Below, piece after piece: positions 32,501-41,287 of a stretch of 64,000 nucleotides of DNA. The position numbers and the translations under genes were made by a program. Within the stretch, counting starts at the first letter, position 1. Each line of letters starts with the position of its first letter. This DNA is from an uncultured delta proteobacterium (lineage in GTDB: Bacteria; Desulfobacterota; Zymogenia; Zymogenales; Zymogenaceae). The stretch is from contig CAWKCL010000007.1 in NCBI GenBank assembly GCA_963848155.1, forward strand, positions 1,201,443-1,265,442. Direction: 5' to 3'. A model generated the notes under the pieces. That model saw only the letters and a list, made by a program, of their open reading frames with translations, was not told the DNA's origin and did no database searches.

Positions 32501-33828
32501 AGACTTCAGGGGAAATCTCAAGTTCGTGAACAACGCGGTGCGGCAGTTGGGATACGAGCCGGACGAAGTAATCGGGAGAAACTTCTACGACTTCTACGCC
32601 CCCTCCTCCAAGAAATACGCGCAGGAGCTTTTCCGCCTCCAGCGTTCCGGCGCCCAGCTTCACGGTTATGAGCTTGACCTCCTCAGAAAAGACGGGCAGG
32701 TCACGAACGATCGAATTCAACGACGAACTGAAATGGGAAGGAGAAAAAATCGTCGAGGTCCGGGGGGTCGGAAGGGACGTAACCGACCGCAAGAAGATGG
32801 ATGACCGGCTCAGGCTCGTGGCGGGAAGCCAGGAGGCTGTTTTGAACAGCCTGTCCGATATGGTCTTCTTTGCCGATCTAGCCCTGAAGATCACGTGGGC
32901 TAATAGCGCCACTTCCCAGTTAACGGGCCTTTCGATCGAAGAGATGGTGGGTCGTTTCTGCTACGAGGTATCGCGCCAAACAAACGCTCCGTGTGAGGGG
33001 TGTCCTGCCGTTGCATCTCTCTCCACCGGCCGGATCGAGAAGAACGATTCCATAACCTGTTTCGGCAAGAACCGCAGGATTACCGCGTACCCGGTGCCCG
33101 ATCTTTCGGGCAATATCACCGGCATGGCGGTCAGCATCGGCGGTATAAAGTCAAAGAATCTCCTTGATATTACCGAAAGCCTTTCACAGATCGACGACGA
33201 TATTGAGGATGACGGCAGCTCCGAAATCTTCCTGGCGCCGCTGGACCCGAACTATATTTATCCCTTCTCCCTTTCCATTGATGTTCAGAAGGATACCTTC
33301 CTCATTACCCTCAGGTGGGATGAATACCCCAGGGAACACGTGCTCAAACGGCTGGCAAGGTCCGAGTCGGCGGTTGCCCGTCTTATATACCTTGCCGCGC
33401 GCATGAAGTCGGACGGCAGCGGGTGGGTTGATAAAGACATCATCAGGGCCGGGACCATGGATACCAACCTCAATAAGCTGCGATCGCTCCTGGAAGAATC
33501 CAATGTGCCGTTTCTTGACCGTTTTTCGTCTCGAATGTTGATACGGAGCAACAGGGAAGAAAAGAAGAAGGTGCGGCTGGCCCTCTCCGCATCGAACATC
33601 GAGATATCTCCAAACATCAGGGATTTCCGGTCCAAGAAGCATCGATACATGGACGCCGTCTCAAAAAGGATCAGGACTCTCGAGCGGGAAATGAAAAGAC
33701 CCAGCCAGCCGAAGGAATACCTGATCAGTGAGCTGTCAATACAACATCAGAATGAAGTCAATCTCAAGAAGAGTATTGAAGTCGTAGAGACGCTCATCGG
33801 TGATTCGGTGATCCTTCTCAAGCTGTAG
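29572..33828 (+). CDS. large multi-PAS/PAC + GAF sensor protein, no recognisable kinase/GGDEF output; 4 ORF pieces with apparent frameshifts
   Basis: At least 8 PAS units, each introduced by a near-identical linker ...(R)ESEEKYRLVVENA... A GAF-like block lies at ~32.0-32.4 kb. ORFs 29572-30090, 30071-31357, 31281-32804 and 32668-33828 overlap pairwise. Confidence 0.6.
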
Positions 33829-33866
33829 TTCGCCTAAGACCTGGATCTCCCGCTAATCCCGAAGCG

Positions 33867-33910
33867 GCGCCTCGGGCCGTACAAAAAAAACGGGGCATTA
33901 TTTAAAATAC
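33867..33910. terminator. hairpin aaaACGGGGcATtatttaaaATaCCCCGTtt between convergent genes
   Basis: ~10-bp stem, preceded by A8 on plus (T8 on minus). Lies between the PAS-protein stop (33828) and the DUF2892 stop (33936). Confidence 0.45.
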
Positions 33911-33935
33911 CCCGTTTCCCCCTTAAAAAGGCATA

Positions 33936-34148
33936 CTACTTTTTCTTCTTTTTTGTCTCGCAGGTATTTATTCCGAAGGGTACATACGCCGGGCAGAACG
34001 AGAAGGTCGCCGTCGCCAGGACAAGAAGGCCCAGGAGCCCCCACCAGCTGTTATAGTAATAGCCCACAGCGATAATGACCGCACCGATGATGAATCGAAT
34101 GACCTGATCGACGCTTCCTACATTCTTTTTCATGACAACACCTCCCAA
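33936..34148 (-). CDS. DUF2892 (YgaP-like) small inner-membrane protein
   Basis: 70 aa, two TM helices. ...RFIIGAVIIAVGYYYNSWWGLLGLLVLATATFSFCPAY... Confidence 0.55.
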   Translation of the reverse strand: MGGVVMKKNVGSVDQVIRFIIGAVIIAVGYYYNSWWGLLGLLVLATATFSFCPAYVPFGINTCETKKKKK

Positions 34149-34309
34149 TACATTGTTATATATAGATGCGTAAACGAGAAAAAGAATTCGCGGTATTTAT
34201 CACGCAAACGGCTTAAGCACGAAGGCCGGCGTACCCATCCGCTCCACTATCTTCGTCTGCCGCCCCGGCCAATCTGGTACCGGTCTCCGGATATAGGCCG
34301 ACGAAACCG

Positions 34310-35222
34310 CTACCTGCTCGGCTCCACTCTCGAATTAACGATACCCAGCTCGAAGTGATCGGAAACGAGCACGCAGCTGTAGATAAATCCCTGGATAAAA
34401 ACCCTGCTCCCCCTATCGAGGGAGGAAGACAGTTCGTCGGCCTGTTTGAGCCCGACATAGACCACGCTCCTTATCGGATTATCCGATTCCGCCTCGGCCT
34501 CAATGTCATAGCTGTAGAGCGTAAGGGGAAGCGTCTTCGCATACATCGCGTCCAGCTTGCCGACGTCCCTGACGATGAAATAGCCGACGAGCATTTTCCC
34601 CACGAGGTCCTGGGCGAATCCCTTGAGATCAAGCTCCCTTTGAAGGCCGGTCACCTCGGTCTCCTCGTTTAGCTTCCCATCGATTTCGGTAATATCAAGA
34701 AAGACGTCGCTGGTGAAGCTCTCCTCGAGGATGAGGGGCTCCGAAGGCTGTGCGGTATCGGTGTCGAGTGTTTTGATGGGGGCCGTGGAAACGGGGTCTC
34801 CCGTCGCTGTTGTTGAAGGTTCACCGGCCGGTGACGCCGGAGTCATAAGGCCGGCAGGCGCGGCCTCCTTTTTTTTGAGCGGATTGTTGAGCGTATAATC
34901 GTGCGTATATCTTCCAATCGAAAAAGCCGATTACGAATACGGCCGAAAGAGACAGTGCAAGAACGGCGATGCGGGTAACCATGCGGTCGGCCCTCACGCG
35001 CGAAACCCGTTCCTCACGCTGCCTGGAGGGGATAAAATCCCTCCCATCCACGTCCACCTCCCGCCGCGCGTTATTGCTTTTCGCGGGCCTCACCATGGCG
35101 CCGTCTTTGTTGACCGTAAATGTGGCCTTGCATTGGGGACATCCGACGGTCCTGCCTCCCTCCGGAATCAGGTCGTCTTTGATGTCCCCTTCGTAGCCGC
35201 ATTCAGGACACTGTGTTTTCAT
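34310..35222 (-). CDS. MJ0042-type zinc-ribbon - TM - DUF3426-like periplasmic domain protein (two overlapping ORFs; apparent frameshift)
   Basis: N-term MKTQCPECGYEG...CPQCKATF, then a TM helix IAVLALSLSAVFVIGFF. GGGAGG SD before the ATG at 35222. Confidence 0.5.
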
Positions 35223-35485
35223 AACCTCCCCGCATATGTGCGAAACAAACCGGCCGTTACTGCAGTAAAAGTTCAATGAGGCGTTTGGTAAGACTCTTCT
35301 TGATTTCCGGGGGACGCGAGCCGGCCTCTCCTTTTCGGTGCCCCTCAATGATCACGTCGACAAGGGCGACGCGCGTCCGCCTGTCGATAACCGCCTTCTT
35401 GATGGTTCCCGCGAAGAGGACCGTATCCCCGACACCATAGCTGAGGAACTCATCTGAATACGATTCGTCCAGCAGCAGCTCGACG

Positions 35486-36094
35486 TCATACCCCTTGTGG
35501 GTAAGCGGTGATGATCGTTCCCGGCGCGGTCAGGCCGAAGAAATCGAGGACGGTCGATCCCATCGTCTTTTCGATATTCGCGACGGTACCCATCCCCACG
35601 CACCCCTTGCCGACAAGGCCCTCCTGATACGAGGTGATCTGGAGCTCGGTCATGGAACCGGGATCGATTGCGATGGAATTGAGCAGGAGATACCCCGGGT
35701 ATTTTTCACCGAGTTTCTTCAGGATATCGGATTCCTTGCTTTCCTGGACCTGCCGCGAGATTCCGTTGATGAGGAAGAAGATCGCGATCCCGATCGCCAG
35801 GGCGGCGACGGCGATAAGACAGCCCCAGAGAAACGGGCGCCGCCTTTTTTTCTTTCCGTCCCGGTATGGCGGCGCGGTATCGGCCCCTCCGGCGATCGGC
35901 CCGCCGACTGCAGCACCGTCCGGGCGGGGGACGGATCCTGGATTTCCCGGCGGCTGATCGCCGGAAGGCACAACGACCAGGCCGACGGAAAACCGGTGGC
36001 CGCATGACGGGCAGATGACGCGCTTCTTATCCCGTCCGTCTTTGCCTTCCGGAACCCTACCCCTGAAGCCGCATGCCGGGCAGCAAATGATCAT
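35486..36094 (-). CDS. MJ0042-type zinc-ribbon - TM - periplasmic domain protein (paralog-like of 34310-35222)
   Basis: N-term MIICCPACGFRG...CPSCGHRF, a G/P-rich linker, TM LWGCLIAVAALAIGIAIFFLI, and a periplasmic C-terminus. Immediately downstream of the portal gene on the same strand. Confidence 0.5.
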   Translation of the reverse strand: MIICCPACGFRGRVPEGKDGRDKKRVICPSCGHRFSVGLVVVPSGDQPPGNPGSVPRPDGAAVGGPIAGGADTAPPYRDGKKKRRRPFLWGCLIAVAALAIGIAIFFLINGISRQVQESKESDILKKLGEKYPGYLLLNSIAIDPGSMTELQITSYQEGLVGKGCVGMGTVANIEKTMGSTVLDFFGLTAPGTIITAYPQGV

Positions 36095-36316
36095 CGGATC
36101 ACCGATAGTTATTCTTATTAAGGATATCAGAAACAGGCGATATGTCAATGGAATTTCGGACGCGATGTGGAGGGGCCGTAGTACGGCGCCGTGAACGCAC
36201 GTACCCTTCTTTGGATATGACGGGGCCGCCGTCCCATGAGGGACGGCGGCCCCGTCGTTTCGCCGGACCGCCCGCGGCCCGGCCGCTGACTGCCGGCTAC
36301 GATTCCAGCCGTCGGA

Positions 36317-37564
36317 TCAGGGGTCTTGCCTCCCCTTCATCTTCTCTACCATCTGTTCGTCGTAGCCGAGTTCCTTGAGCGCCTCGGTCATAAACCCCCG
36401 GTCGGCCAGGAACTGCGCCCGCGCCAGCACGTGCTGGGGGTCCTCGCCGGAGAGAGACGGAAACGATACCGTCGCCACGAAGAGGCCGGTGCCGAACTTG
36501 ACCGCGAGGAACTTCTCTATCAGTTCCTCGAAGCCTCTCCTCAGATAGATCAGCTTCTTTTCGGTATACCGCTTGAGGCCCTCGAGCAGCGTGTTGAGCG
36601 CCTTGGCCGACGTGGCCGACGAGGCGACCTCCTCCCTGAGCTTCCGGGGTACGCATCCCAGCCGGTAGAGGTGGTCCAGCGCGTCCTCGAGCTCGCGCTC
36701 CACCGCCGAGAGGTCAACGTCGCCCCCCACCGCCTCCAGGGGGATCGGTGAGAGCGCCCCGGGCGATACGGTGATGGTCGTGCCCGGCTGCACGTGGCCC
36801 GATTCCTTGGGCGCCCATACCCGAAAGCTGTTATATTTCGTGGCCCAGGCCCGCTTGGTCAGGGCCATGTTCACGGCCAGCTGCCCCTCGACCAGGTCCT
36901 GGATTCCCGAGCGGCCGTAGGGGCTCCCCTCCGATTCCTCCCGGAGGATCTTGACAACCGGGATAAAGCCGAAGGCATGCGCCTCTCTCTTTACGAGCCT
37001 TCCGTCGATATAAAAGGAGAAGCCCTCCGCGTCGATCTCTTCCCGCATGGCCGACATCCTCACGCCTCCACCCTCCAGCGTCGCCGCCTCTTCCCACCCG
37101 AAGACGTATTTCTTGACTTCGAGGTAGTTCTTCTCGTCGGTGATGACTTCCACGTCCTGGGAATACATCTTCTGGACACAGACCTCCCCGCCCCTGACGA
37201 AGAGCTTCAAAAAGAGCGTCCCGTAGTTCTCCTGCGTCAGGTAGTAGCCGGGCAGCGCCTCCCAAAAGGTGCGGCCGCCGCCGAAGTTGCGGGACTTCAG
37301 CCACGCCGTTACCTCGCCGGTCAGCCCGTCGTGGGGCGCGGTCTCGCCCCTCCTGGTCACGACAACGTCGAAGGTCGGCGGCATGAAGTTAGCCCTCGTG
37401 TCCTGGATGACCCGGATGTCGTTTTGAAAATAGAAGTCCCTGATAGATATCCGCTGCTCTTTCGGCAGACCTTCGGCAACCCGGCGGCCCGTGAAATCTT
37501 TGAAGATTGCCTCCCGGCGGCCGTCGTAATAGTCCAGGAAGAGCTTCATGTCGTTTTTGTTCAT
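36317..37564 (-). CDS. phage portal protein
   Basis: Start MNKNDMKLF (37564). ~415 aa. Downstream of the large terminase. Central ...SPYGRSGIQDLVEGQLAVNMALTKRAW... and a helical C-terminus typical of portal proteins. Confidence 0.6.
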   Translation of the reverse strand: MNKNDMKLFLDYYDGRREAIFKDFTGRRVAEGLPKEQRISIRDFYFQNDIRVIQDTRANFMPPTFDVVVTRRGETAPHDGLTGEVTAWLKSRNFGGGRTFWEALPGYYLTQENYGTLFLKLFVRGGEVCVQKMYSQDVEVITDEKNYLEVKKYVFGWEEAATLEGGGVRMSAMREEIDAEGFSFYIDGRLVKREAHAFGFIPVVKILREESEGSPYGRSGIQDLVEGQLAVNMALTKRAWATKYNSFRVWAPKESGHVQPGTTITVSPGALSPIPLEAVGGDVDLSAVERELEDALDHLYRLGCVPRKLREEVASSATSAKALNTLLEGLKRYTEKKLIYLRRGFEELIEKFLAVKFGTGLFVATVSFPSLSGEDPQHVLARAQFLADRGFMTEALKELGYDEQMVEKMKGRQDP

Positions 37565-37628
37565 ATGATTCCCTTTCGCGGGCCGTGCCGGTAAACCGGC
37601 CGCAACCGCGGGAGAAAGTCCGAACCCC

Positions 37629-37847
37629 CTACAGGGCGGCCTTCCCAAAGTCGTCCTGGGAGACCTTCCGGCGCCTGACGAGCCTCGCCCAGCGGACCGT
37701 ATCCATCGGCAGTATCGCGGCGACCCTGAACCACCGCCGGACGACGACCGCACCGTCGCGAACGTCTATCGATCTCACGTTTGAGAAGGACCGCGTTTCT
37801 CCGTCCGTAAACCGCACCTCGGCATCCATACCGGCTCCTGTCATCAA
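37629..37847 (-). CDS. small hypothetical protein between terminase and portal
   Basis: 72 aa. ATGA-type 4-nt overlap with the terminase stop suggests translational coupling. Confidence 0.3.
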   Translation of the reverse strand: MMTGAGMDAEVRFTDGETRSFSNVRSIDVRDGAVVVRRWFRVAAILPMDTVRWARLVRRRKVSQDDFGKAAL

Positions 37848-39067
37848 AAACCAAGCGTCCGTTCAAAGTCCGACTGGCTCACCCTGATCCCCCTGATCCC
37901 CCACGCGGCAAGCGCCAGCGATATGACACAGTCATCATGGAAACCCGCCGGCGCCCCGTACGAGACGCCCCCTCCCGGGAGGTTTTTCAGCTCGAACATC
38001 GCCAGCTCGTCGACCAGCTCCTGTATCGGGGGGATACTGATCTTCCGCTCGTCGATCAGGAGGACAAGGTTTTCGATGAGCGCCGACTTTGATTCGTTGG
38101 TGAATCGAAAACCCCGGCAGGCCGCCCCCATCCGTATCAGGTCTTCGAGGATCGGATCGCCCACGCCGGTGGAATCGACCCAGGCGACGGCCCGGTTGTA
38201 CCGCCTGATCGCCGAGACCACCCGCCGCTTCATCGCCGTCCAGGTCGTCCCGGAGAAGCGGTCAAAGTAGACGACCGATCCCGTGGCGTCGACAATCGTC
38301 AGCACCGTGTAGTCGCGGTGCCTGCCGATATCCAGTCCCGCGGTATACCGTCCGCCGGGCAGCGGGTCGGCCAGTCCCCCCGTGACGATGTCGTTGACCC
38401 CCGAGAAGACGCCCGCCCCGTCGTCGATGAACCGGGCCAGGTACTCCTGGGCGAAGACCGCCTCGGGCAGGGTCCGCCGCGCGTCCTCGATCTCTTCCGG
38501 GCGTATGTACGGGTTATTTTCGGTGGGAAAGGTGAAGGATTGCCAGCCCGCCTGCTCGCTGTCCATCCCGCGGGAAAAGAGGCGAAAAAACCAGTTCTTC
38601 CCCTTGGGCGTGCCCACAAAGAGCGCCTTGCCCTGCCGGTCCGAAAGCGCCGGCCTCAGGACCTCCTCCCAGAGGTCTTTCGAGAGGAAGGCCGCCTCGT
38701 CCACCACCAGGAAGTCGATGCCGAACCCCCGCAGGTTTTCCGGGATCTCGGCGCTCCTGAACTCGAGCACCGACCCGTTGACGAGGCCGACCCTCCGGTC
38801 GGTTTTGTGGATATCGGCCACCGCCCCCCTCGGCATCCCCCGCCTCACCAGGTCAAAGGCGATCGCGCTCTGGCGCAGCACCGGCGCCACCCAAAACGAG
38901 AGGGAGCCCGGCTTTTCCCAGGCGTGCCTGACCATCTCCGCCGTGGCGGCCAGCGTCTTTCCCCACCTCCTGCCGCACGCGGCCACCCTGAAACGGGCGT
39001 CCGATTCGTGCAGGGCCTTCTGGCCCGCGTGGGGGCGGTACAGCTTAAGTCTCTTGGTCTTCGTCAT
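37844..39067 (-). CDS. phage terminase large subunit
   Basis: Start MTKTKRLKLY (39067). Walker A-like ACGRRWGKT and Walker B IDFLVVDEAAF. ...GTPKGKNWFF... C-terminal RNaseH-like nuclease with ...GLDIGRHRDYTVLT... and ...GFHDDCVISLALAAW... Confidence 0.75.
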   Translation of the reverse strand: MTKTKRLKLYRPHAGQKALHESDARFRVAACGRRWGKTLAATAEMVRHAWEKPGSLSFWVAPVLRQSAIAFDLVRRGMPRGAVADIHKTDRRVGLVNGSVLEFRSAEIPENLRGFGIDFLVVDEAAFLSKDLWEEVLRPALSDRQGKALFVGTPKGKNWFFRLFSRGMDSEQAGWQSFTFPTENNPYIRPEEIEDARRTLPEAVFAQEYLARFIDDGAGVFSGVNDIVTGGLADPLPGGRYTAGLDIGRHRDYTVLTIVDATGSVVYFDRFSGTTWTAMKRRVVSAIRRYNRAVAWVDSTGVGDPILEDLIRMGAACRGFRFTNESKSALIENLVLLIDERKISIPPIQELVDELAMFELKNLPGGGVSYGAPAGFHDDCVISLALAAWGIRGIRVSQSDFERTLGF

Positions 39068-39311
39068 CGATAAAGGTCGCCTCGTAAACCACTTCGTCTT
39101 CGTTGCCCGTCCTTTCCGAGATGAGGTCGATATACTTGAGGTAAAGCTCCTGGTACTTGATGTCTCCCTCCCCGGCCTTTTTGACGATGTCCCGAAAGAC
39201 CGCGTCGGCGCCCCCCGCTCCGGCGGCATCCCCGTCACCGGCGGGAGCGCCGCCGTCGGGCCGCGCGGGCGGGGCGGCCCCGGTCCCCTCTTCAATGCAT
39301 TTCTTCTTCAT
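39045..39311 (-). CDS. small acidic protein upstream of terminase (possible small-subunit-like or unknown)
   Basis: 88 aa. G/A/D-rich N-terminus, then ...VFRDIVKKAGEGDIKYQELYLKYIDLISERTGNEDEVVYEATFIDDEDQET. Overlaps both neighbours. Confidence 0.3.
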   Translation of the reverse strand: MKKKCIEEGTGAAPPARPDGGAPAGDGDAAGAGGADAVFRDIVKKAGEGDIKYQELYLKYIDLISERTGNEDEVVYEATFIDDEDQET

Positions 39312-39522
39312 TCACCCGCCGCTTTAGATAGTCCTGTATCCGGTCGATTCGATAGGCCACGTCCGACTGGGTAACGCCGATGCTGTCGCCGATATACCCC
39401 TGGGAGTATCCCCGCCGGTGCATCAGCCATATCCAGAGCTCCATGTCGGGCATTTCCATCAGCGCCCGCTCGTAATCCACCACGAAATTATGCTCCGCAA
39501 AGAAGGTGTCACCTTTATACAT
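39292..39522 (-). CDS. sigma-70 region-4-like (HTH only) small protein; candidate terminase small subunit or ArpU/RinA-like late activator; paralog of 20818-21071
   Basis: Start MYKGDTFFAEH, with GGAGG 9 nt upstream. ...YERALMEMPDMELWIWLMHRRGYSQGYIGDSIGVTQSDVAYRIDRIQDYLKRRV... Confidence 0.5.
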   Translation of the reverse strand: MYKGDTFFAEHNFVVDYERALMEMPDMELWIWLMHRRGYSQGYIGDSIGVTQSDVAYRIDRIQDYLKRRVNEEEMH

Positions 39523-39644
39523 AGTCCGTACCTCCAAATCTGTACGTCCGATTCTACCGGGTAATGACCGGACGCTATGAAGATTATGAGAAGCGAGGAG
39601 TGAAAAGTGAAGCGCTGGCGTAGGCGTTGACAAAACGGGCGCGG

Positions 39645-39658
39645 TATGATACGTATCA
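39645..39658. promoter_or_regulatory. perfect 14-bp palindrome ATGATACGTATCAT in the divergent region between the sigma4-like gene and gltX
   Basis: Read directly. A TTGACA lies ~25 nt upstream. Confidence 0.35.
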
Positions 39659-39729
39659 TGACACGATACATGCCACAGGAATCCGGGGCCCCACGGCGGC
39701 CCCGTCTATATTCTGGAAGGAACTAACGG

Positions 39730-41150
39730 TGAAAGACAGACAATCTCCCGTACGCGTCCGGTTCGCCCCGAGCCCCACCGGCCACCTGCACATCGGCGGC
39801 GCCCGGACCGCCCTCTTCAACTACCTCTACGCCCGGCATACCGGGGGCGTTTTCATCCTCAGGATCGAGGATACCGACCGGGAGCGGTCGCGCGACGAAT
39901 ATACCGAGGCGATCCTGGCCAGCATGACCTGGCTGGGGTTAACGTGGGACGAGGGCCCGGAGTTTCAGAGCAAGCGTGACGGCCTGTACCACGCGGCCGT
40001 CGACCGGCTGGTGGCCGAAAAGAAGGCCTACCGCTGCTACTGCAGCAGCGAGCTGCTCGAGGAAAAGCGAAAGCGCGCCGAGGAGCGCAAGGAAAAGCCG
40101 ATGTACGACGGCACCTGCCGGGATAAGGACCTGCCCGCCCGGGACGAGCCCTACGTCGTCCGGTTCCGCTCTCTCCAGGACGGCGTCACCGAGTTCAACG
40201 ATCTCATCAAGGGGCGGATCGTCTTCGAGAACAAGGAGCTGGACGACCTGATCATCCGCCGCTCCGACGGTTCCCCGACCTACAACCTCACCGTCGTCGT
40301 GGACGACATGGACATGGGCGTCACCCACGTCATACGGGGCGACGACCACGTCAACAACACGCCCCGCCAGATCCAGATATTCGAGGCCCTCGGCTACCCG
40401 GTGCCCGCCTTCGCCCACGTCCCCCTCATGCTCGGGCCCGACCGCTCGCGGCTCTCCAAGCGCCACGGGGCAAAGTCGATGACCGAGTACATCACCGAGG
40501 GCTACCTGCCCGAGGCGATGGTCAACTACCTGGCCCGGCTGGGCTGGAGCCACGGGGACCAGGAGATCTTCTCGATGGCCGAGCTCATCGAAAAGTTTGA
40601 CATCGCCGACGTGGGAAAATCGGCCGGCGTCTTCAACCCCGAAAAGCTCGAGTGGCTCAACGCCCACTATATCAAGGAGTCCGACCCGCAGAGGCTTGCC
40701 GAGCGCCTGCTCCCCTTCGTCGAGTCCCGCGGATGGGGCCGGCCGGACGTCGGGCAGGTGGCGCGTGCCGCCGCGACCCTCAAAGAGCGGTCAAAGACCC
40801 TGGTGGAGATGGCCGAGATGGGGGCGTTCTATTTTGCGGACGAGATCGAATACGACCCGAAGGCCGCCGATAAATTCCTGACGCCGGACGTCGAGCGCCC
40901 CTTTGCCGCGCTGGCCGAGCGTTTCGGGACGCTCGAGCCGTGGGAGTATGCCGCCATCGAGGCGGCCTTTACCGAAGTGCTGGAGGGGCTGGGGCTGACG
41001 CTGGCCAAGCTCGCCCAGCCGCTGAGGGTGGCGCTCACCGGCAAGACCGTCAGCCCCGGGATATTCGAGGTCATCGAGGTGATCGGGAGGGACAGGCTGA
41101 TCCGGCGGATCGGTAAGGCGGTCGCCTATATCGGGGGAAAGAAGGGCTGA
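39730..41150 (+). CDS. gltX: glutamate--tRNA ligase
   Basis: ...VRVRFAPSPTGHLHIGGARTALFNY... (HIGH), ...RLSKR... (KMSKS-like). Probable GTG start at 39730 after GGAAGG. The ORF-track start at 39627 is likely too far upstream. Confidence 0.85.
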
Positions 41151-41221
41151 TGCGGCAGCGCCAAGGCTGACGTAACTCACAGCCAGGGAGCCGTGACACT
41201 GTTCAATGAAGCATAAAAAAA

Positions 41222-41250
41222 AGCCCCTCTCCTTGGAGAGGGGCTTTTTC
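41222..41250. terminator. bidirectional intrinsic terminator AGCCCCTCTCC-TTGG-AGAGGGGCT + T5 (A8 on the other side)
   Basis: Perfect 11-bp stem. Serves gltX (+) and secreted-protein copy 1 (-). Confidence 0.7.
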
Positions 41251-41287
41251 GTATCCTGTCTGATGGCAGTCTCGGTGCAGTTTACGC

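Noticed and set aside
35495-39374. Several long + strand ORFs (35495-36007, 36326-36751, 36794-37594, 38318-39073, 38382-39374)
   Set aside because: Arg/Gly/Pro-rich shadows opposite the portal, terminase and zinc-ribbon genes.
39939-40667. 242-aa minus-strand ORF inside gltX
   Set aside because: Antisense shadow ORF, a typical high-GC artefact.
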